From Gemmatimonas aurantiaca (GTDB taxonomy: Bacteria > Gemmatimonadota > Gemmatimonadetes > Gemmatimonadales > Gemmatimonadaceae): a stretch of DNA of 48,115 nt. The stretch covers positions 1-48,115 of the forward strand of contig JBIQLU010000004.1 in the NCBI GenBank assembly GCA_044463985.1, written 5' to 3'. Every line of letters begins with the position of its first letter. The first letter of the stretch is position 1. The position numbers and the translations under genes are program-made. Under the pieces are notes generated by a model. It searched no databases and was not told where the DNA came from. It saw nothing but the letters and a program-made list of their open reading frames with translations. Positions 33,126 to 41,483 of the stretch are shown in pieces.

Positions 33126-35210
33126 ATGCCGATGACAGTGATCAAGCAACATACCACCATGGGAAACATGCCAGAACATTCGCCGGCCCGCAGCGTATTC
33201 CGTACTGTATCGAGCGCAGTGCTGCTCGCGATGCTCGCGCTCGCCGCTCCGGTGCGCGCGCAGACTCATGCCGCTCCGACCGTCGATCCGGCCGCCACCG
33301 CCGACGCGGGCCGCCCCATTCCCGGTCCCATCTTCGAGATCCCGGGCTTCACCAGAGCGGTGGAGAGCGGAAGCCGCACCCGCTCCGGCAGTCCCGGCGC
33401 GAAGAACTGGGTGCAGTACGCGCGGTACAGCATCGACGCGCGCCTCGATGCTGCGAACGCGAGGCTCGAGGGACGGGAGAAGGTCGTGTACATCAACAAC
33501 TCGCCCGATACCCTCGCTACCATCGCCGTCCATCTCCGGCAGAACGTCTTCGCTCCCGGGAATCCTCGGCGATCGGCCGTTCCGATTACCGGCGGCGTGA
33601 AGCTCGGGCGCGTGGCGGCTGCGGGGAAGCTGCTGCGCAGCGCCGCCAGCAGTCGCGCGCTCCGGTCGCTGCGCGATGGAGGCTACACGGTGGACGGCGC
33701 GGTCATGTGGCTGCGACTCCCGACGCCGCTGCTTCCGCATGACAGCACCAGTCTCGAGTTCGCCTGGTCTTACTCGCCCGCGCCCGCTCCCTCCGATGGG
33801 CGGGAAGGCCGCGAGGGAAAGAATCTCTACTTCATCGGCTACTGGTATCCGCAGGTAGCCGTGTACGATGACGTCAACGGCTGGGTGGCCGACCCGTACA
33901 TCAACGGCGCCGAGTTCTACATGGATCCGGCCGACTACGACGTTCGGGTCACGGTGCCGCATGGGTGGCCGGTGGGTGCCACGGGCACGCTGTTGAATGG
34001 CGACTCGGTTCTGTCGCGGCAGACGCGCGACCGCCTCGCGCGCGCCCGCACCACGCGCGAAGTCGTTCACGTACTGACGGCGGCGGATCGCGCGAACGGA
34101 TCGGGCTTCGCGGGGAGCGGGAAGGAGGCACGGTGGCACTTCACGGCGAAGAACGTACGCGACTTCGCCTGGGGTACGAGCAGCCAGTACGACTGGGACG
34201 CGACGATCGCGCTCGTCGACGGAGCGCGAGCAGGAACCACCGATACCGTGGCGATCAACTCGTTCTTCCGCGTTCATCCTCCGGCCGCGGCGTGGCCGCT
34301 GGGTGGTGCGCGCTTCACACGCGATGCGATCGAGAAGCTGTCGGACTACCTCTGGTCGTATCCCTGGCCGCAGATGACATCCATGGAGGGCGTGATAAGC
34401 AGCGGCGGGATGGAATACCCGATGATGACGCTCATGCAGTCGTGGCCGGATACGCTGTCGCTCGCCGGCGATCTGATGCACGAGACGGGGCATATGTGGT
34501 TCCCGATGCAGGTAGGCTCCAACGAGACGCGCCATCCGTGGATGGATGAGGGGCTCACGCAGTACGACGTCGCGCAGGCGATGCGCGTGATCTACGGCGA
34601 ACCCCGCAAGGGCGGTCGTCCCAACGACTCGGAACCGGGTCAGCGCAGCGTCTACCTGCAGCAGGCGCGCGCGGGGCACGAGATGGCGCTCATGACGCCG
34701 GGCGAGCTATCCGATCTGGATCTCTACTTCGTCATGTACTACAACAAGACCGCGCAGGTACTGAGCGCGCTGCGCGCGGTGCTCGGCAACGACACCTTCC
34801 ATCGAGCGCTGCGCGAGTACGGGAAGCGCTGGATCGGCCGCCACCCGTATCCGGCGGACTTCTTCAACACGATGAGCGACGTGTCGGGACGGGATCTCAC
34901 CTGGTTCTGGCGGAGCTGGTTCTACGAACCGTGGTCGCTGGACCAGGCGATAGGGTCGGTGCGAGCGAACGGAGACTCGGTGGCCATAACGGTAGAAGAC
35001 AGGGGCCTCGCAACGATGCCGGTGATTCTCGAGGTGAAGCGAGTGGATGGCACCACCCAGCACGTCGAGGCTCCGGTGGATGTCTGGCTGAAGGGTGCGC
35101 GCAGATGGGTGGCAACGGTTGCGGCATCGCCGGCGATCGCGAGCGTCGAGATCGATCCCGAGGGGCTCTTCCCCGACCTAGATCGCGGCAACCAGCGCTG
35201 GACGCCCTAG
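33126..35210 (+). CDS. M1 family metallopeptidase (aminopeptidase N-like), secreted
   Basis: GGMEYPMM (a GxMEN variant) and HETGHMWFPMQVGSNETRHPWMDEGLTQY (HExxH-X18-E). A signal peptide, AVLLAMLALAAPVRAQ, is present. The start is uncertain (33126, 33132 or 33168). Confidence 0.9.
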   Translation: MPMTVIKQHTTMGNMPEHSPARSVFRTVSSAVLLAMLALAAPVRAQTHAAPTVDPAATADAGRPIPGPIFEIPGFTRAVESGSRTRSGSPGAKNWVQYARYSIDARLDAANARLEGREKVVYINNSPDTLATIAVHLRQNVFAPGNPRRSAVPITGGVKLGRVAAAGKLLRSAASSRALRSLRDGGYTVDGAVMWLRLPTPLLPHDSTSLEFAWSYSPAPAPSDGREGREGKNLYFIGYWYPQVAVYDDVNGWVADPYINGAEFYMDPADYDVRVTVPHGWPVGATGTLLNGDSVLSRQTRDRLARARTTREVVHVLTAADRANGSGFAGSGKEARWHFTAKNVRDFAWGTSSQYDWDATIALVDGARAGTTDTVAINSFFRVHPPAAAWPLGGARFTRDAIEKLSDYLWSYPWPQMTSMEGVISSGGMEYPMMTLMQSWPDTLSLAGDLMHETGHMWFPMQVGSNETRHPWMDEGLTQYDVAQAMRVIYGEPRKGGRPNDSEPGQRSVYLQQARAGHEMALMTPGELSDLDLYFVMYYNKTAQVLSALRAVLGNDTFHRALREYGKRWIGRHPYPADFFNTMSDVSGRDLTWFWRSWFYEPWSLDQAIGSVRANGDSVAITVEDRGLATMPVILEVKRVDGTTQHVEAPVDVWLKGARRWVATVAASPAIASVEIDPEGLFPDLDRGNQRWTP

Positions 35211-35758
35211 AAGCTGGAGACTACCGAAGTCCGCTTCTCCAGCGCTTCACGTGCCTGCTGATCCGTGATCACTTTCACGTCGCCGGTGGACACCGCTCGC
35301 ACGTCGATGATGCTGGCGCTGGCCGCGTAGTCGGGGCGAAGGCGCGCGTTCCACGTGAAGTGCCGCTTCCACGGCTCGCCGGGATTGTTGCCGTTGGCGC
35401 CCATGGCGGGAGTGCAGCGGACGGGCGTGGTGAATAGCTGGAGGAGCGCACCATCGGCTGTATAGACACCGATCACCAGCCCCGCGCAGAAGGGGCTCAG
35501 CTCATCGCGGTTCTCGTAGTCGATGGTCGCGGCGAGCATTCCCGTGGAATCCATGCGAACCACGGCGTGCACGTTCTGCAACGTGGGCTGGGCGGGCATC
35601 TCGAAGGTGTAGTCGAACAGTGATGCCTGCCCGGCGGCCGCCCGCGGTGCGACGGCCAACGCCGTCGCACCGGCGATGAGTGCTGCGGCGGCGCACAGCA
35701 GCCGCGCCGCGCCGCCGTGCACCGCCTTCCGACGTTCGGTCACACGCTTTCCGATCAT
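35207..35758 (-). CDS. Hypothetical secreted protein with no recognisable domain
   Basis: A 183-aa ORF. Its ATG overlaps the stop of the upstream sortilin-like gene as ATGA. The signal peptide is LLCAAAALIAGATALAVAPRAAAGQ. Two Cys residues occur in the mature part. The composition is balanced, unlike the GC-rich shadow ORFs. Confidence 0.6.
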   Translation of the reverse strand: MIGKRVTERRKAVHGGAARLLCAAAALIAGATALAVAPRAAAGQASLFDYTFEMPAQPTLQNVHAVVRMDSTGMLAATIDYENRDELSPFCAGLVIGVYTADGALLQLFTTPVRCTPAMGANGNNPGEPWKRHFTWNARLRPDYAASASIIDVRAVSTGDVKVITDQQAREALEKRTSVVSSF

Positions 35759-38700
35759 CTCGAAGCGCGCTCCTCCGGAGGGCCGAGCAGCGTGCGCACC
35801 CGCGCCTGCACGCGCTCGAGCTCCGCTTTCAATTCCTGGTAGCGCAGAACGGCATCGTGGCCGATTCGCTGATCGGCGCTGGTCGTCATACCGTACAGGT
35901 ACTGCAGTTGATCCACGAGCTTGGGTTGTGAATATCTGATCGGCTCTGTGCTGAGCGCCGTATCGAGCGCGACGAGCTGCCGGAGCGAATCGGCGGCGCT
36001 GCCAGTCGCACCCGACATCCTCTTCAGCGCCGCTTTCACACGCGCGGCGGTGCGGCGTGCTTCACTCACCGCGTCGCGTACGCGCAGGTTGTGGGCGAGC
36101 TGCTCCTCCATGTCGCGCTGTGTGACGCCGGCCTTCACGATTCGCGGATCCGCGCGCACTTCGAGCTCCCTTGTGGCGGTCAAAGGCTCGCTCGACGAAG
36201 CGGTGTTGACCGTGAGCTTCAGTGTGTATTTCCCCGGAGCCACCATCGGGCCACGGCCGCCGCGCCCGCCGCCAGCGCCGCCCTCGCTCCAGGGGCCGGG
36301 ATAGCGCAGGTCCCAGATCACGCGATGCAGACCGGGCGTCGTTTCGAGCTCGTCATCGCCGCCGCGACGTGCGCGTCCGTTGCCCGCGCCGTCGCCCGCG
36401 CTCCGTTCGGGGGCGCTCGACAGGCTGCTGACCAGCGCACCCTTCGCATCGCGAACCTCGAGCGTCACGGCGCTCGCGCCACTCGCGCCGATCGAGTAGT
36501 CGATCATGGCGCCCGGCGGTGGAAACTCCGGAGCCGCCGGCCCCGAGCCCGCGCCGCCGCGGTAGCGGAAGCGATACGCGGGGCGCGGAGTGAAGAGGTG
36601 CGCCCCCGCCGACGCGAGCTCGCTGGTGAGCTGCTCGAGCGGCGTGATGTCATCGAGGATCCAGAACGAACGCCCCTGAGTCGAGATGACGAGGTCGTGC
36701 CTGATGATTCGCATGTCGGTCACGGGAGTCACCGGGAGTCCGAGCCTCAGCGGTTTCCAGTTCGCGCCATCGTCGAAGGATACGTACGCGCCGAACTCGG
36801 TTCCGGCGAAGAGAAGTCCGGCCCGACCCGGGGCCTCCCGCACGACTCGCGTGGGCTCGTCCGCAGGGATGCCATTGCTTCCCGTGGTGAGCAGCGTCCA
36901 GTGCTTTCCGTAGTCGTTGGTGCGATACAGGTATGGACGAAAGTCGCCCAGCATGTAGCGCAGGACGGCGACGTACGCGGAGCCCTTACGGTGCGGCGAC
37001 GGCTCGATGTTCTGCACGCGGCCTCCGGGCGGCAGCCCTTCCGGAGTCACATCCGTCCAGCTCTTCCCGCCGTTTCGCGTGACGTGAATCGGGCCGTCGT
37101 TCGAGCCGGCCCAGATGACGCCGCTCTCCAGCGGAGACTCGCGGATCGCGTAGAGCGTGCTGTAATACTCCTCGCCGGTGACATCGCGAGTGATGGGACT
37201 ACCGGAGATCACCTGCTTGTCCGGTTCGTTGGCGGTGAGATCGGGACTGATGCGCTCCCACGTGACGCCGCCGTCGGTCGTGCGATGCACGTACTGCGAT
37301 CCGAAGTACACGATCCGCGGATCGTTCGGCGAGATCTCCATCGGCGAGACGCGCTGGAAGCGGTACTTCAGCTCATCGGGCTTGAATCCATAAATGTACT
37401 GAGCGCCCACCCAGTAGTTCTGTTCCTGTCCCGTGCGAAGATCCATTCGCGTGAACTGACCTTTGCATCCGCCGTACACGGTGTCCGGATCGAGCGGGTG
37501 AGGCATTATCGGTCCCGTTTCGCATCCCGGACCGACCTGCCAGAGCTGCATCGGATCGTCCACGGGGCCGCCCGGAGGAAGACTCGGGAGTATGAGCGTC
37601 GTGTTGTCCTGCTGCGCTCCGTAGAGGCGATACGGGAACTGGCTGTCCACGGCGACCTGATAGATCTCGGCGGTTGGCTGGTTGTACTGCGTGGACCAGG
37701 TATTGCCGCCATCGAGCGAAATGTTCGCGCCGCCATCGTTCGCCTGGATCATGATCCGGCCGTCGTGGGGGTTCACCCACATGTCGTGGTTGTCGGTGTG
37801 CGGCGTGGAGAAGCGCCGGTACGTCTTCCCACCATCGGTCGACTTGAAGAAGCCCTCGGCACCCGCGTAGACGACGTCGGCGTTCGTCGGGTCGGCGGCG
37901 ATCGTCGTGTAGTAGAACGGCCGGGTGATGAGCGACGCCTGCGAGCTCACGCGCGTCCACGTGGCGCCGGCGTCGTCCGAGCGGTACATCCCCTCACCCG
38001 GCTTCGCTTCGATGAGCGCGTAGACGCGATCGGGATTCGCTGCGGTGACCGCGAGGTTTGCCTTGCCGAAGAGCTGGTCGGGGAGGCCGCCGCCCAGCCT
38101 CGTCCAGTTGTCGCCGCCGTCGGTGCTCTTGTAGATCCCTCCCTCGCGGGCGCCGCTGATGATCGTCCACGGCGTGCGCTGGCCGCGCCACATCGCCGCG
38201 TAGATCACATTCGGGTGACCCGGCTGGATCTCCAGATCGACGGCGCCGGTGCTGTCGGAAATGAAGAGCACCTTCCGCCAGCTCTTGCCGCCGTCGCGCG
38301 TGCGATACACGCCGCGCTCGGGGGAGTTCACGAACGGATTTCCCACTGCCGCCACGTAGACCACGTCGGGATTGGTCGGGTCCACGCGCACCGCTCCGAT
38401 CTGGCCGGTCTCGTGCAGGCCGATGAGCCGCCAGCGCTTCCCCGCATCGTCCGAGCGATACACACCGCGGCCGATCGAGATATTGCTGCGGAGGCTCTCG
38501 GAACCGGTTCCGACGTACACGATGTTCGGATCGGACGGGGCCACCTCGATCGCGCCGATCGAACCCACTGCGAAGTCGTCGTCCGAAACGGGGAGCCATG
38601 TCGCTCCGGCGTCGGTCGTCTTGAATACTCCGCCGCTCGCTGCACCCATGTAGAAAGTCCGAGGCTCGGAGCCGACTCCCGCCACGGCTGTCACGCGTCC

Positions 38701-38889
38701 GCCGCGGCTCGGGCCAACCATCCTGTAGTGGAGCGACGCCAGATAGCCGCTGTCGTACTTCACATCGGGAGGCGGGTCACCGGCGCGCTGCGCAGGGAGG
38801 GCGATCGCCATCGCGAACATGGCCAGCGCGACCATCGTACCGGATATGTCGTAGCGGCGGGGTAGCTTCGAGCGTACGGCTCGCATCAT
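35755..38889 (-). CDS. Sortilin/VPS10-type BNR (Asp-box) repeat double beta-propeller protein, often annotated as a glycosyl hydrolase
   Basis: A 1044-aa ORF with a signal peptide. It has many Asp-box motifs: TTDAGATW, SDDAGKRW, TRDGGKSW, STDGGDNW, SDDAGATW, STDGGKTY, SLDGGNTW, TTDGGVTW, TRNGGKSW, TNDYGKHW, SFDDGANW. Confidence 0.9.
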   Translation of the reverse strand: MMRAVRSKLPRRYDISGTMVALAMFAMAIALPAQRAGDPPPDVKYDSGYLASLHYRMVGPSRGGRVTAVAGVGSEPRTFYMGAASGGVFKTTDAGATWLPVSDDDFAVGSIGAIEVAPSDPNIVYVGTGSESLRSNISIGRGVYRSDDAGKRWRLIGLHETGQIGAVRVDPTNPDVVYVAAVGNPFVNSPERGVYRTRDGGKSWRKVLFISDSTGAVDLEIQPGHPNVIYAAMWRGQRTPWTIISGAREGGIYKSTDGGDNWTRLGGGLPDQLFGKANLAVTAANPDRVYALIEAKPGEGMYRSDDAGATWTRVSSQASLITRPFYYTTIAADPTNADVVYAGAEGFFKSTDGGKTYRRFSTPHTDNHDMWVNPHDGRIMIQANDGGANISLDGGNTWSTQYNQPTAEIYQVAVDSQFPYRLYGAQQDNTTLILPSLPPGGPVDDPMQLWQVGPGCETGPIMPHPLDPDTVYGGCKGQFTRMDLRTGQEQNYWVGAQYIYGFKPDELKYRFQRVSPMEISPNDPRIVYFGSQYVHRTTDGGVTWERISPDLTANEPDKQVISGSPITRDVTGEEYYSTLYAIRESPLESGVIWAGSNDGPIHVTRNGGKSWTDVTPEGLPPGGRVQNIEPSPHRKGSAYVAVLRYMLGDFRPYLYRTNDYGKHWTLLTTGSNGIPADEPTRVVREAPGRAGLLFAGTEFGAYVSFDDGANWKPLRLGLPVTPVTDMRIIRHDLVISTQGRSFWILDDITPLEQLTSELASAGAHLFTPRPAYRFRYRGGAGSGPAAPEFPPPGAMIDYSIGASGASAVTLEVRDAKGALVSSLSSAPERSAGDGAGNGRARRGGDDELETTPGLHRVIWDLRYPGPWSEGGAGGGRGGRGPMVAPGKYTLKLTVNTASSSEPLTATRELEVRADPRIVKAGVTQRDMEEQLAHNLRVRDAVSEARRTAARVKAALKRMSGATGSAADSLRQLVALDTALSTEPIRYSQPKLVDQLQYLYGMTTSADQRIGHDAVLRYQELKAELERVQARVRTLLGPPEERASR

Positions 38890-39150
38890 CTCGTCCGTTC
38901 CAGGGTGGGAGTGCCGAAGGCAGGTCGCGACGCCGGCATGCCCGCACAGCGCTCACGATGGGTGCTCTCAATATGAACGTCCGCACCCGCCGTGTCGTTG
39001 TCGCGTCCGGCACGGCCCGCCCCGCGCCACCTCGGGAAGCACGACGCGTCATCGCGCTCCGCGGCCGCGCGCTCCGGACGTGGACAGTGCGGCCGCCCAG
39101 CGGCACGCCTATGGCATGATCGAGAGCGTTCCCTTTTTCAGGAGACCTGT

Positions 39151-39522
39151 ATGCCTCTCAGCAAGAGTCAGCGCCAGCATCTGGAACATCGTCTGCTCGA
39201 GGAGCGGCGTCGCGTTCTCACCGATCTCGGCGCGTACACCGAATTCGCCGAGTCCACGGAACGCGAGCGCTCCGGCGACCTCACTGTCGTACCGCTTCAC
39301 GCCGCGGACCTCGGCACCGACGCGAACCGCGAGGAGCTCGCAGCCGCCAACGCATCGCGCGAGAGCGCGGAGCTGGAGGAGATCGACGCGGCTCTGGAAC
39401 GCCTCTACCACTCGCCCGAGCGCTACGGAATCGACGAGGCGAGCGGCGAGGAGATATCGTTCGAGCGCCTGGACATCATCCCATGGGCGCGTACGAACGG
39501 AAGGTCGGGCTCGAGGCGCTGA
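39151..39522 (+). CDS. DksA/TraR-family-like protein lacking all zinc-finger cysteines
   Basis: This is the 3' part of ORF 38992..39522. ATG 39151 follows AGGAGA. It has the coiled-coil region with HAADLGTDANREE, and IDAALERL...YGIDEASGEEISFERLDIIPWAR aligns to the finger region. The protein contains no Cys at all. Confidence 0.7.
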   Translation: MPLSKSQRQHLEHRLLEERRRVLTDLGAYTEFAESTERERSGDLTVVPLHAADLGTDANREELAAANASRESAELEEIDAALERLYHSPERYGIDEASGEEISFERLDIIPWARTNGRSGSRR

Positions 39523-39639
39523 CGCGCCGGCGGCGGCGAACCTCTCGCATCCAGCCCGCGCGCCACGTAGGATGAAGGATGGGTGCGACCACGGTGCAGG
39601 CACCGTGGTCGTTCGACGCCCTCACTCTTCCGGCCAGAC

Positions 39640-40770
39640 ATGGCAACCTTCGTTCGAACCACCGACATACCTCTCGGACGCGAATTCACGCTCCCCGGCG
39701 AGTACTTCACATCCGCCGCGATCTTCGCGGAGGAGTGCGAGAAGATCTTCGCTGCTCGCTGGCTCTGCGTGGGACGCGAGGAACAGCTCCGGTCGCCCGG
39801 CGACTTCATAGTTCGCTCCGTGCTCGGCGAGAGCATCATCATCACTCGCGACGACGCGGGCGAGCTCAATGCGTTCTACAACGTCTGCCGCCATCGTGGC
39901 TCGCGGATCTGCGAGGAGAGGGAAGGGACTTTTCCGGGTGCCATCCGCTGCCCGTACCATGCGTGGACGTATGCGCTCGACGGCGAGCTCCTGGGCGCGC
40001 CCTCGGCGGCCGACATTCCCGGTTTCCATTCGTGCGACTACCCGCTGCGGAGGGTATCACTCGCGCGGTGGGAAGGATTTCTTCTGGTGAATCTGGCCGA
40101 CGCGCCGGCGCGCATCGAGGATGCGTGGGCGCCGATCATGGGGCGCTTCACCCGCTTCGGCATGCCGCGACTCACCGCTCTGCGCACGATCGACTACCAG
40201 GTACGCGCGAACTGGAAGTTGATATTCCAGAACTTCTCCGAGTGCTACCACTGCGGGCCGGTCCACCCCACGCTCTCGAAGGCGACGCCTCCCACGAGCG
40301 GCGAGAACGATCTCGTGGAAGGGCCCATCACCGGCGGCTTCATGGTGCTCAACGCGGGCTATGACAGCATGACGCTGTCCGGGCGTGTTTGCGGGCTTCC
40401 AGTGGGCGATCTACCGGCGGCGGACACGCGTCGTATCTACTACTACGCGATCTTTCCCAACCTGCTTCTGAGTCTGCATCCCGACTACGTGATGTATCAC
40501 CTGGTTCGGCCCGAGGCGCCCGACCGCACGACGGTGAGCTGTACCTGGTTGTTCAATCCGGAGACGCCGGGTGATGCGCGGTTCGATCCCGCAGATGGAA
40601 TCACCTTCTGGGACAGGACCAATCGCGAGGACTGGGCGATCTGCGAGCGGAGCCAGCTCGGAGTTGCCTCGCGCGCGTACGTGCCCGGGCCGTACTCCCG
40701 GCGCGAGACGCTACCGGCGCAGTTCGATCGGGAGGTGCTGAAGGCGCTCGGGCACGAGCGGACGCTCTGA
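39640..40770 (+). CDS. Rieske (2Fe-2S) aromatic ring-hydroxylating oxygenase alpha subunit-like protein
   Basis: ORF 39583..40770, starting at ATG 39640. The Rieske motif is CRHRGSRI...CPYHAWTY. The catalytic domain has NFSECYHCGPVHP. Confidence 0.9.
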   Translation: MATFVRTTDIPLGREFTLPGEYFTSAAIFAEECEKIFAARWLCVGREEQLRSPGDFIVRSVLGESIIITRDDAGELNAFYNVCRHRGSRICEEREGTFPGAIRCPYHAWTYALDGELLGAPSAADIPGFHSCDYPLRRVSLARWEGFLLVNLADAPARIEDAWAPIMGRFTRFGMPRLTALRTIDYQVRANWKLIFQNFSECYHCGPVHPTLSKATPPTSGENDLVEGPITGGFMVLNAGYDSMTLSGRVCGLPVGDLPAADTRRIYYYAIFPNLLLSLHPDYVMYHLVRPEAPDRTTVSCTWLFNPETPGDARFDPADGITFWDRTNREDWAICERSQLGVASRAYVPGPYSRRETLPAQFDREVLKALGHERTL

Positions 40771-40779
40771 ACCAGGCGC

Positions 40780-40809
40780 GGGCACCGGGGCTCTACAGCC
40801 CCGGTGCCC
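40780..40809. terminator. Perfect 12-bp GC-rich stem with a 6-nt loop between convergent genes; no U-tract
   Basis: GGGCACCGGGGC (40780-40791), loop tctaca, then GCCCCGGTGCCC (40798-40809). It lies 10 nt after the Rieske gene's stop. Confidence 0.55.
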
Positions 40810-40850
40810 CGGCGAGCCCGTCCCCCCCGGAACGGACCGCCGGTCCACCG

Positions 40851-41195
40851 TCACGGCCAGTAACCGGCCGCTTCGGTAATCGGATCGAAAGTCACTACGG
40901 ACAGCAACTGACAATTGAAGAGGTCCACGACGGCCGAAGCGAGCAGCTCCGGGCCGCCGCGCGTTGCCGCCATATATCGGACTCCGAGCGTCCAGCCACC
41001 CGAGTCGGAGTGCGGTCTCGAAACGAACGTGCTCACTGCTACGCTGGCTTGCGCTGCTACAGTCGATACTCGGGGATCGCGCTCGGCGATCCATCTTGCC
41101 TTGGCCAGCGCCGCTTCGAGCGGCAGCGGCCGCCGCACCGACTCCGCGAAGCGCGAGACGGCGGGATCCAGCGGGATTGCGAGCGAAACTGACAT
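40851..41195 (-). CDS. Hypothetical protein
   Basis: ORF 40851..41291. ATG 41195 follows GGAGCA. The composition is balanced (MSVSLAIPLDPAVSRFAESV...LFNCQLLSVVTFDPITEAAGYWP). No domain was recognised. Confidence 0.4.
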   Translation of the reverse strand: MSVSLAIPLDPAVSRFAESVRRPLPLEAALAKARWIAERDPRVSTVAAQASVAVSTFVSRPHSDSGGWTLGVRYMAATRGGPELLASAVVDLFNCQLLSVVTFDPITEAAGYWP

Positions 41196-41483
41196 CGGGT
41201 GCTCCGGCTTGTCGTACACTCGAATTGCCGGCTTCGGGGCCCGGGTTGCCGGGTCGCGACGCCGAGACCTGGACAGGCGGAGATGCGACATGGTCCTCCG
41301 TTTGAAGTCACCGCGACGTAGGGGCCGCCAGACGCTTCCATCGGGCGACCGCCGCGCACAATATGGATACGCGGCGCCAGCGCTCGACCTCCTCGCTGAC
41401 GTCCGTAAGGACGCGCGGTAGATTAGTTCGAGTCGCTGAACACGCCCTCAATCGCGTCTTAATTGCGGCTCAACCGGAGCAGA

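Noticed and set aside
33042-34679. The upstream part of the 864-aa minus-strand ORF 32085..34679
   Set aside because: It runs antisense to the M1 peptidase and has low-complexity Arg/His/Pro-rich sequence. Only the last 318 codons (the tandem USP, from ATG 33041 with an RBS) look real.
35207-35210. Convergent gene pairs whose stop codons share one CTAG tetranucleotide (35207-35210, and again at 46043-46046)
   Set aside because: This is real but most simply explained by chance: TAG read on both strands. Nothing suggests a function, so it is noted only as a curiosity.
36091-38865. The 924-aa plus-strand ORF
   Set aside because: It runs antisense to the Asp-box (sortilin-like) gene, whose repeated SxDxGxTW motifs make the minus strand the unambiguous coding strand.
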